A stretch of DNA of 18,453 nucleotides, from contig CAZHPN010000130.1 of NCBI GenBank assembly GCA_964534375.1, positions 1-18,453 on the forward strand, written 5' to 3'. The stretch comes from an uncultured bacterium. GTDB taxonomy: Bacteria; Lernaellota; Lernaellaia; Lernaellales; Lernaellaceae. This document shows, in pieces, positions 1 to 7,214 of this stretch. Within the stretch, counting starts at the first letter, position 1; each line of letters opens with the position of its first letter. Both the position numbers and the translations under genes were made by a program. The notes under the pieces were generated by a model. The model was not told the origin of the DNA and made no database searches. It worked only from the letters and a program-made list of their open reading frames with translations.

Positions 1-108
1 GTTGCGGAGAGATCCTGCACGGCCCGCGAGATCGCCTTCGCCGTGGTGAAACAACGCACGAGGCCTTCTTATCAGCGCTTTTCCGCCTACCGGTGCGGCG
101 CCCTACGT

Positions 109-301
109 GCCCCTCCCTGTGTCGGGGAGGGGCGGGAAATTTCGGCGGGAGCCGAAATTTCCGGGGAGAGGTCTGCGCGACCAACAATGAGCGCAATTCT
201 GCGCCATTTGAAGCATCGCCGCGCTTGATCCTAAAGCCTATGCCGCGGCGGGGAGGGGCGCGGCCACGCATCGAGCGTGGCCCGGGGAGGGGTCTGTGCG
301 A
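109..301. repeat. Two copies of a REP-like composite element with conserved G-rich flanks and different internal hairpins
   Basis: Copy 1 (123-180): CGGGGAGGGGCG-[12-bp stem GGAAATTTCGGC/GCCGAAATTTCC, GGGA loop]-GGGGAGAGGTCTGCGCGA, preceded by GCCCCTCCC (109-117), which pairs with GGGAGGGGC (125-133). Copy 2 (249-301): CGGGGAGGGGCG-[8-bp stem GGCCACGC/GCGTGGCC]-CGGGGAGGGGTCTGTGCGA. Confidence 0.7.
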
Positions 302-421
302 GCCGGTATTTATGCAAACGGCTCAATAGGCTGCCCGCCCCGTTTTAGCGCGGAAAAAGTCGATGTTGCACAATCCGCCGCCGTGGCTTTCATTTTCCGC
401 CCCAAATCGCCACCGGCAAAC

Positions 422-450
422 TTGACTAAATTCGCGCGGCCCGCCATCGT
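422..450 (+). promoter_or_regulatory. Possible sigma70-type promoter for hydF
   Basis: TTGACT (422-427), 17-bp spacer, weak -10 CATCGT (445-450), about 25 bp upstream of the hydF ATG. Confidence 0.3.
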
Positions 451-474
451 ACTCGGCGAGAGAAGGCTCGCGCC

Positions 475-1665
475 ATGCAAAATCAGCCCGGCGGCATGCG
501 GCCGCACATCGTCCTGCTCGGCCGGCGAAACGTCGGCAAGTCGTCGCTGGTCAACGCCCTGACCGAACAGCCCCTCGCGCTCGTGTCCGACGTGCCGGGC
601 ACGACGACCGACCCCGTCAAAAAGGGCTTCGAGTTGCTGCCGTTCGGGCCGGTGGTGTTCATCGACACCGGCGGCGTCGACGACACGGGCGAGGTCGGCG
701 AGTTGCGCGTGCGGCGCACGATGAGCGAACTGGCGACCGCCGATTTCGTCGTCGTCGTCGCCGAGGCCGGCCAGTGGACGCCGCACGAAGCGCGCCTCGT
801 CGCCGAACTGACGGCGAAGCGCGCCGATTTTCTGCTCGTCGTGAACAAGGCCGATTTGCAACCGGACTGGCGGGCGCCCGCCGAGGCGCATTACGTCAGC
901 GCGCGCGACGGAACGGGCGTGAAAGAGCTGCGCGTCGTTTTGTCCGAGCGCCTGCAACGCGCGATCCGCCAGAATTTTTCGCTGCTGGGCGACCTGGTGC
1001 AGGGCGGCGACCTGGTGGTGCTGGTCGTGCCGATCGACCTCGAAGCGCCGCGCGGCCGGCTGATCCTGCCGCAGGTGATCGCCATCCGCGACCTGCTCGA
1101 CAACGATTGCGCCGCGCTGGTCGTCAAAGAGCGCGAGCTGTACGCCACGCTGCAAAGCCTCGGCCGCCGGCCGAAGCTGCTGGTCTGCGACAGCCAGGTG
1201 GTGCTCAAGGTCGCCGCCGACGCCCCGCGCGACCTGAAGCTGACGACGTTTTCCATTCTGTTCGCGCGGCTGAAGGGCGACCTGGCGACGTTCGTGCGCG
1301 GCGCGCGCGCCATCGACGACCTGCGCGACGGCGACCGCGTGCTGATTGCCGAAACGTGCTCGCACCACCCGGTCGGCGACGACATCGGCCGCGTGAAGAT
1401 CCCGCGCTGGATCCGCCAGTACACGGGCCGCGACCTGGTCTTCGAAAACGCGCAAGGCCGCGCCTACCCGGATGACCTCGACCAGTACCGCCTCGTCGTG
1501 CACTGCGGCGGCTGCATGGTCACGCCGAAGGTCATGCGCGGGCGAATGGACGAGGCGGCGGCGCACGGCGCGGCGATCACCAACTACGGCGTCGCGATCT
1601 CGTTCGTGCAGGGCGTGCTGCCGCGCGTGCTGGAGCCATTCGGGGGGATGGAGAGTATGATATGA
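475..1665 (+). CDS. hydF: [FeFe]-hydrogenase H-cluster maturation GTPase HydF
   Basis: P-loop GRRNVGKSS, G2 GTTTD, DTGG, NKAD, the APxGRLILPQV segment, and the C-terminal FeS ligand motif CSH...HCGGC; 396 aa. Confidence 0.96.
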   Translation: MQNQPGGMRPHIVLLGRRNVGKSSLVNALTEQPLALVSDVPGTTTDPVKKGFELLPFGPVVFIDTGGVDDTGEVGELRVRRTMSELATADFVVVVAEAGQWTPHEARLVAELTAKRADFLLVVNKADLQPDWRAPAEAHYVSARDGTGVKELRVVLSERLQRAIRQNFSLLGDLVQGGDLVVLVVPIDLEAPRGRLILPQVIAIRDLLDNDCAALVVKERELYATLQSLGRRPKLLVCDSQVVLKVAADAPRDLKLTTFSILFARLKGDLATFVRGARAIDDLRDGDRVLIAETCSHHPVGDDIGRVKIPRWIRQYTGRDLVFENAQGRAYPDDLDQYRLVVHCGGCMVTPKVMRGRMDEAAAHGAAITNYGVAISFVQGVLPRVLEPFGGMESMI

Positions 1666-1674
1666 TAAATCTGA

Positions 1675-1743
1675 ACCACAGAGGCACAGTGATCACAGAG
1701 GTTTTTCTTGTTTCGGCCTCTGTGCCTTCTGTGTCTCTGTGGT
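1675..1743. repeat. Palindromic element built from CACAG(AG) units
   Basis: Left arm ACCACAGAGGCACAGTGATCACAGAGG (1675-1701) and right arm CCTCTGTGCCTTCTGTGTCTCTGTGGT (1717-1743) are 22/27 complementary. Each arm has three CACAG cores spaced 8 and 9 bp; the loop is T-rich. Confidence 0.85.
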
Positions 1744-1803
1744 GCAAATTTCCTGCCGTTCCTAACCGTATTCACCCTGCCCCCTCTGTGTTTAGAGTTC
1801 GAT

Positions 1804-3177
1804 ATGCCGCGCGTTGAACACGATTTGCTCGGCGACATTGCCGTCCCCGACGACGCGCTGTGGGGCGCGCACACCCAGCGCGCGCTCGCCAATTTTCCGC
1901 CGACCAACCGCGGCCAGCCGCCCGGCCTGACGCGCGCCTTCGCCCTGGTGAAAAAGGCCGCGGCGCTGACCAACCGCGATCTGGGCAAGCTCGCACCGGA
2001 GCCGGCGGCGGCGCTCGTGGCCGCCTGCGACGAGTTGTTCGCCGGCGCGCTCGACGCGCACATCGTCGTCGATCCGCTCGCCGGCGGGGCCGGCACCTCG
2101 CTCAACATGAACGTCAACGAGACGCTGGCCAATCGCGCCAACGAACGGCTCGGCGCGCCGCGCGGCGCCTATCGGCCGGTCCACCCGCTCGACACGGTCA
2201 ACCTGCACCAGTCGACGAACGACGCCTATCCGACGGCGGTGCGCCTCGCGGCGCTGTGGGGGCTGGGCGATCTGGAAAAGGCGCTCGTCGCCCTGCAGGG
2301 CGCGCTGCAAGACAAAGAGCGCGAGTTCGCCGACGCGGTCATGGTCGGCCGCACGCAGTTGCAGGACGCCGTGCCGATGACCGCCGGCCAGTTGTTCGGG
2401 ACCTACGCCGAGGCGCTGGCGCGCGACCGCTGGCGCGTCTTCAAGTGCGTCGAACGGCTGAAGATCGTCAATCTCGGCGGCACTGCGATCGGCACCGGCG
2501 TCGCCGCGCCGCGCGCCTACATCTTCCGCGTCATCGAACGCCTGCGCGAGCTGACCGACCTGCCGCTGTCGCGCGCGGAAAACCCGGTCGAGGCGACCGC
2601 CAATCAGGACGCGCTGGTCGAGGCCGACGGCATCCTCACCGCGCTCGCCGCCAATCTGTTCAAGCTGGCCGGCGACCTGCGCCTGCTGTCGATGGCCTCC
2701 GTCGGCGAAATCCGGCTGCCGCCGCGGCAGGCCGGCTCGTCGATCATGCCGGGCAAGATCAACCCGGTGATCCCGGAATACGTCGCGCAACTGGCGCTCG
2801 AGGTCATGGCGGCGCACCAGGCGTTGACCAGTTCCGTCGCCGCCGGGAATCTCCAGTTATCCCAATTCCTGCCGCTTGCCGCGTGGCATTTGCTCGACAA
2901 CCTTCTTCTGCTAAAAAATGCCGTGACGGCGCTGGCCGAACGTTGCGTCGCCGGCCTCACGTTCGACGCCGCCCGGGCGCGAGAACATCTCGCGGCGTCG
3001 CTCTCGGTCGCCGCGGCGCTCGCGCCGGTCATCGGCTACGAAAAGGCGCAGGCGGCGGTGCAGCGGGCGCAGCGCGACCGCGTGCCCCTGCGCGAGGCGC
3101 TGCTGGCCGAAGGCGCGACGGCCGCGCAAATCGACGAAGCTTTCGACCCGGCGCGCTTGCGCCGGCTCGGGGACTAG
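1804..3177 (+). CDS. aspA: Aspartate ammonia-lyase (class II fumarase/aspartase superfamily), hyd-associated
   Basis: GAGTSxNMNxNE, HP..VNxxQSTND, GRTQLQDAVP, NLGGTAIGTG and the signature GSSIMPGKINPVIPE. Start placed at ATG 1804 (MPRVEHDLLG) because the upstream in-frame extension is translated repeat. Confidence 0.85.
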   Translation: MPRVEHDLLGDIAVPDDALWGAHTQRALANFPPTNRGQPPGLTRAFALVKKAAALTNRDLGKLAPEPAAALVAACDELFAGALDAHIVVDPLAGGAGTSLNMNVNETLANRANERLGAPRGAYRPVHPLDTVNLHQSTNDAYPTAVRLAALWGLGDLEKALVALQGALQDKEREFADAVMVGRTQLQDAVPMTAGQLFGTYAEALARDRWRVFKCVERLKIVNLGGTAIGTGVAAPRAYIFRVIERLRELTDLPLSRAENPVEATANQDALVEADGILTALAANLFKLAGDLRLLSMASVGEIRLPPRQAGSSIMPGKINPVIPEYVAQLALEVMAAHQALTSSVAAGNLQLSQFLPLAAWHLLDNLLLLKNAVTALAERCVAGLTFDAARAREHLAASLSVAAALAPVIGYEKAQAAVQRAQRDRVPLREALLAEGATAAQIDEAFDPARLRRLGD

Positions 3178-3190
3178 AAAGAAAACCACG

Positions 3191-4591
3191 ATGCCTGACA
3201 CCTTCATCCACGTCGCCGACATCGAGCGCTTGCTCGCCGAGGCGAAGCATCCCGAGCCGGCGCGCGTGCGCGACGCGCTCGAACACGCCCGCGCCGCCGA
3301 GGGCCTGACGCCGGCCGAAGTCGCGGCGCTGCTGCAAAACGAAGACCCCGAGACGTGGGAAGAGATCTTCGCCCTCGCCCGCCAGATCAAGCTGGATATC
3401 TACGGCCGGCGCATCGTGCTGTTCGCGCCGCTGTACGTGGCGAACCATTGCGCCAACGACTGCCTGTACTGCGCCTTTCGCGCCAGCAATCACGAGGTGC
3501 AGCGGCGGGCGCTCTCGCGCGAGGAACTGATCGAGGAGGTGCGCGAGATCGAGGCCGCCGGCCACAAGCGATTGCTGATGGTCTACGGCGAGCACCCGCG
3601 GTACGGCATCGACTACATGCGCGAGACGATCGAGACCGCGTACGCCGTGAAGACCGCCCTGCCCTGCGGCGAAATCCGCCGGATCAACGTCAACGCCGCG
3701 CCGATGAACGTGGCCGATTACCGCCTGCTCAAGGACGCCGGCATCGGCACCTATCAGGTTTTCCAGGAAACCTACCACCCCGGCCGCTACGCCGAGTTGC
3801 ACCCGGCCCGCACGCGCAAGGGCGATTTCGCCTGGCGGCTGTACGCGCTGCACCGCGCGCAAGAGGCGGGGCTCGACGACGTCGCGGTCGGCGCGCTGCT
3901 GGGCCTTTACGATTGGCGCTTCGAGATTCTCGGCTTGCTGCACCACGCGCTCGACATGGAGGCGCAATTCGGCGTCGGGCCGCACACGGTGTCGTTTCCG
4001 CGGCTGCAGCCGGCGCTCAACACGCCGTTCGCGGAAGAGTCGCCGTATCTCGTGGCCGACGACGATTTCAAGAAGGCGATCGCCGTGATCCGGCTGATGG
4101 TCCCGTACACGGGCATGATCCTCACCTGCCGCGAGCAGCCGCATTTGCGGCGCGAGGCCTTCGCCCTGGGCGTGTCGCAAATCGACGGCGGCACGCGCAT
4201 CGGCGTCGGCGGCTACGCGGAAGCGGCGAAGGAGAATATTCCCGAGCGGCAGCAGTTCACCATTTCCGACACGCGTTCGCTCGACGACGTGGTCCGCGAG
4301 TTGGCGGAATTGGGATATTTGCCGTCGTTTTGCACCGCCTGCTACCGCCTGCACCGCACGGGCGAGACGTTCATGGGCCTGGCGAAGCACGGCCATGCGA
4401 AAATCACCTGCCAGCCGAACGCCGTCGTGACGTTCAAGGAATACCTGCTGGACTACGCCAGCCGGGAAACGCGGTTCCTCGGCGAGCAGCTCATCGAGGA
4501 AGAACTGTCCCGCTTCGCCGACAAGGACCGCGCCGCCGTCCGCGCCAAACTGGCGCGGATCGAAGCCGGCGAACGCGACCTGTTCGAATAA
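3191..4591 (+). CDS. hydG: [FeFe]-hydrogenase H-cluster radical SAM maturase HydG
   Basis: LFAPLY, radical SAM CANDCLYC, RINVN, FQETYH, GPHTVSFPR, and the C-terminal auxiliary-cluster motif CTAC-X22-C(QPNA), which distinguishes HydG from ThiH. Confidence 0.96.
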   Translation: MPDTFIHVADIERLLAEAKHPEPARVRDALEHARAAEGLTPAEVAALLQNEDPETWEEIFALARQIKLDIYGRRIVLFAPLYVANHCANDCLYCAFRASNHEVQRRALSREELIEEVREIEAAGHKRLLMVYGEHPRYGIDYMRETIETAYAVKTALPCGEIRRINVNAAPMNVADYRLLKDAGIGTYQVFQETYHPGRYAELHPARTRKGDFAWRLYALHRAQEAGLDDVAVGALLGLYDWRFEILGLLHHALDMEAQFGVGPHTVSFPRLQPALNTPFAEESPYLVADDDFKKAIAVIRLMVPYTGMILTCREQPHLRREAFALGVSQIDGGTRIGVGGYAEAAKENIPERQQFTISDTRSLDDVVRELAELGYLPSFCTACYRLHRTGETFMGLAKHGHAKITCQPNAVVTFKEYLLDYASRETRFLGEQLIEEELSRFADKDRAAVRAKLARIEAGERDLFE

Positions 4592-4636
4592 CCCCCGGCC
4601 ACCGCCGCGCGGCGAATGATATGATACTGATTTTTC

Positions 4637-4668
4637 TTGACAGGATCAACGGGATCAACGGGATCAGT
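4637..4668 (+). repeat. 9-mer tandem arm (C[A/G]GGATCAA) x~3; left arm of a long-range inverted pair
   Basis: TTGACAGGATCAACGGGATCAACGGGATCAGT; its reverse-complement counterpart is at 7215-7246. Confidence 0.8.
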
Positions 4669-4706
4669 GAACAGTGAGCAGTGAACAACAAGCAACGAAC
4701 GACGAC
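4665..4706 (+). repeat. Degenerate heptamer tandem repeat (CAGTGAA-type) x~6
   Basis: CAGTGAA CAGTGAG CAGTGAA CAACAAG CAACGAA CGACGAC. Confidence 0.75.
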
Positions 4707-4748
4707 GCGTAACCACCCGCGCGATCCGGGACCGCCAACGGGCCCGAT

Positions 4749-4776
4749 TTTTTCCTTTTCCCTTTTTCCTTTTTCC
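4749..4776 (+). repeat. Heptamer tandem repeat (TTTTTCC) x4
   Basis: TTTTTCC TTTTCCC TTTTTCC TTTTTCC. Confidence 0.8.
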
Positions 4777-4841
4777 TTCTCAGACTCGCTCGCGGCGTCA
4801 CCGGCTAGCGCCGACGATTCGCGTAGATCGCGGCGAGCCGT

Positions 4842-5393
4842 TCACTGCTTCCGGTAATCCGCCTCGACGACTTCCTTGATCTTGCCCATGAAGGCCCGCA
4901 TTTTCGCCCGGTGCAGATGTTTGCCGAGCACTTCCCAGAGGAACGTCATGAATGCGCCCTTCGGGCGAATGCGCATTTCATGCACGAACAGCGTGCCGTG
5001 CGGCCCGTCGGGCGACAGCAGGTAGGCGAACTCGCCCTCCAGCACGCCGTCGACGAACCGCGTCAGCGCCTCGCGGCCCGGATCGAGCCGGACGATCTCC
5101 ATAAGGATCCACGGATGCGTCGGGGCGTCGACGGCGACGCGGATCTGCTTGCCGATCCGCGGCTCGATGCCGCGCGGAAACGTCACGGTCACGCTTTTGT
5201 CCTGATTCCAGCGCGCGACCTTGTCCTCTTCGACGAGATACGGGTAAACAAATAGCGGCGGCGCGTCGATGCGGATTTCGAGCCGATAGGTCGCGATCGG
5301 CGCCGGCGCGTCCGCCGCGAGGCCGACGGCCGCGACCGCCAACAGACAAATGAGCGCCGGCCACGCGGCCCGGCCCGGATTTTTTTGCAGCAT
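4842..5393 (-). CDS. SRPBCC/START (Bet v1-like) family protein with N-terminal signal peptide
   Basis: IRIDAP...VYPYL......RW N-terminal pattern, central beta strands (EIVRLDPGRE, YLLSP..GTLFVHE) and a C-terminal helix (MGKIKEVVEA). Hydrophobic leader WPALICLLAVAAVGLAA. Confidence 0.75.
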   Translation of the reverse strand: MLQKNPGRAAWPALICLLAVAAVGLAADAPAPIATYRLEIRIDAPPLFVYPYLVEEDKVARWNQDKSVTVTFPRGIEPRIGKQIRVAVDAPTHPWILMEIVRLDPGREALTRFVDGVLEGEFAYLLSPDGPHGTLFVHEMRIRPKGAFMTFLWEVLGKHLHRAKMRAFMGKIKEVVEADYRKQ

Positions 5394-5433
5394 GGCCTAC
5401 GTTATTCGCGCCACGGACGCATCGTCAACCGCC

Positions 5434-5462
5434 TTTGGCCGTGGGGAGCGGTTTGCTATATT
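5434..5462 (+). promoter_or_regulatory. Candidate extended -10 promoter for the lipoprotein gene
   Basis: TG-C-TATATT (5454-5462) with TTGGCC (5435-5440) upstream, in the 122-bp divergent intergenic region. Confidence 0.45.
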
Positions 5463-5515
5463 GTGACGCGAACGCGGCGCCGATCCGGCCGCCGCGGCCC
5501 AATCGGGGGAACGCC

Positions 5516-7093
5516 ATGCGCTGTACGCTCGTATTGCTGGCCGCCGTTTTCGCGATGCTGCTCGCGCTCGGCTGTTCGTCCAAAGGCGACGACGACACCG
5601 CCGGCCCGACCGACGACGATGCGTCGCCCGCGGGAGATGACGACGACGCCTCCCCTGTCGACGATGACGACGACGCCTCGCCCACCGACGACGACGCCTC
5701 GCCCGCCGACGACGACAGCAGCCCCCTGCCCGACGACTTCGTCGCGCCGTGGCCGCAGAGCAACGTCGAGCCGCGCGACTACAACGAAAACGTCGCCGCG
5801 GGTTTCTTGCGCCAGAAAGCGGACGCCTACGACCAGTGGCACATCGCCCACAACCAGCCGTATTATGGCGATTCGATCGGCGTCCAGTTTACCGATACGA
5901 CTTACACCACCGTCGCCGCTTATTACGATTGGGGCGACAGTTGCGAATTCACGGGCATCCATCTCGGCAGCCAGGCGTGCCGCTACTATGTCACCAACGA
6001 TCCGCAGGCCAAGGCCGAGGCCATCCTCGTCGCCGACGCGCTCGACGGCAATCTGAAGGTCACGCAGACGCCGGGTTTCATCGCGCGATATCGCGGCAAG
6101 CAGGAACTCCCGCTGTACCAGGGCGACGCCTGGTGCGAGAGCGACCCGACGTGCCACCACGTCGATTCGGGCCCGTTCGCGGGCGACGTCTGGTGGGGCA
6201 ACACCAGCCGCGACATGTACAGCGGCTGGTTTTTCGGCATGTCGCTCGCCTACGACCTGATCGACGACGCCGCGACGCACGCGATGATCCGCGCCGATGT
6301 CGCCGAAGTCGTCCGCGCGCTCATCGAGCACAATTGGGTCATTCTCGACCAGAACGGCCAGCCGACCGACGCCGGCCCCGACGTCCTGCCGCCCTTCCAA
6401 CTATCGTGGTTGACCGTCGCCTATCACATGACCGGCGATGCGCGCGTCAAGCAGGAGCTGCAAAAACGGCTGGTCGACAGCTACCGCCCGATTTTGGCGT
6501 TCGAGTGCATTGGCTTTTTCAATCGCTACGCCGGCTATTTCGGCAACTGCCTGTCGCACGAAACCTGGTACAATTTGCTGCGGCTCGCCAAGGTCTACTT
6601 CAGCCCGCACGAATATCAATACCTGCTCAACGTCTACAATACGCAAATCGACACCTACACGCGCCTGACGCACAACGCGTGGTTCACGGCTGTGTTGATG
6701 GGCCAAGGCGGCTATGCGCCCGCCCCGCCGCCCGACCCGTATCAGACCCAACTGCTCGACGACCTCACGGATTTCCCGCCGGCGCCGCATTTTCGCGTCC
6801 TGCTGCCGGCCAAGAATCCGGCGACATACACAGTCGACCCGATCTCGGAGCTGCTCTACGGGTTGCAGCAGGCCTTGCCGTGGCTCGGGCCGATGATGGG
6901 CAGCGTCGTGCCGCAAGCCTTGGACGCGTTCCCGGTCACGGGGTACTGCAGCGACGAATTCATTTTCCAAACCAGCCCGTTCGTCATCCAGCAATGCGGC
7001 GAGGGCAGCCCGACGAAAGTCGATGCGGGCGTCGATTTCCTGATCCCGTATTGGCTCGCAAGCTATCACAAATTCATTACGAAGGAGATGTGA
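5516..7093 (+). CDS. Uncharacterised lipoprotein, 525 aa, with an Asp-rich linker followed by a probably helical (alpha/alpha-toroid-like) domain
   Basis: GGGGGA RBS before ATG 5516; signal MRCTLVLLAAVFAMLLALG-C (lipobox); DDD-ASP repeats; aromatic-rich globular body (GFIARY, WWGNTSRD..SG..FG, GVDFLIPYW). The fold is an inference. Confidence 0.85.
   Translation: MRCTLVLLAAVFAMLLALGCSSKGDDDTAGPTDDDASPAGDDDDASPVDDDDDASPTDDDASPADDDSSPLPDDFVAPWPQSNVEPRDYNENVAAGFLRQKADAYDQWHIAHNQPYYGDSIGVQFTDTTYTTVAAYYDWGDSCEFTGIHLGSQACRYYVTNDPQAKAEAILVADALDGNLKVTQTPGFIARYRGKQELPLYQGDAWCESDPTCHHVDSGPFAGDVWWGNTSRDMYSGWFFGMSLAYDLIDDAATHAMIRADVAEVVRALIEHNWVILDQNGQPTDAGPDVLPPFQLSWLTVAYHMTGDARVKQELQKRLVDSYRPILAFECIGFFNRYAGYFGNCLSHETWYNLLRLAKVYFSPHEYQYLLNVYNTQIDTYTRLTHNAWFTAVLMGQGGYAPAPPPDPYQTQLLDDLTDFPPAPHFRVLLPAKNPATYTVDPISELLYGLQQALPWLGPMMGSVVPQALDAFPVTGYCSDEFIFQTSPFVIQQCGEGSPTKVDAGVDFLIPYWLASYHKFITKEM
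5588..5724 (+). repeat. Intragenic repeat encoding the (D)DDDASP linker
   Basis: GACGACGACGCCTCGCCC-like units; protein DDDTAGPTDDDASPAGDDDDASPVDDDDDASPTDDDASPADDDSSP. Confidence 0.85.
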
Positions 7094-7102
7094 TGGGGGG
7101 GC

Positions 7103-7193
7103 GGGATTCGGCGTTCGGGATTCGAGGTTCGGGATTCGGGTTCCGGGGTCCGGGGTCCGGGATCCGGGTTCCGGGGCTCGGGATTCGGGACTT
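7103..7193 (+). repeat. Heptamer tandem array (GGGATTC/GGGGTCC) x13
   Basis: GGGATTC GGCGTTC GGGATTC GAGGTTC GGGATTC GGGTTCC GGGGTCC GGGGTCC GGGATCC GGGTTCC GGGGCTC GGGATTC GGGACTT, starting 10 bp after the lipoprotein stop. Confidence 0.92.
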
Positions 7194-7214
7194 TCTTCAA
7201 TCCCGATTGCTTGC

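Noticed and set aside
1..329. Short ORFs 43-228 and 93-329, or the tail of an upstream gene such as hydE
   Set aside because: No recognisable motifs; the frames run through REP-like hairpins.
1708..1803. Cys-rich N-terminal extension of the aspA ORF (MFRPLCLLCLCG...)
   Set aside because: It is translation of the CTCTGTG palindrome arm; family homology starts at MPRVEHD (1804).
3191..4591. ThiH (tyrosine lyase) assignment
   Set aside because: The C-terminal CX2CX22C motif, length and linkage to hydF indicate HydG.
4637..4642. TTGACA as a -35 promoter element
   Set aside because: No -10 at the proper spacing and no downstream plus-strand gene; it is the end of the repeat arm.
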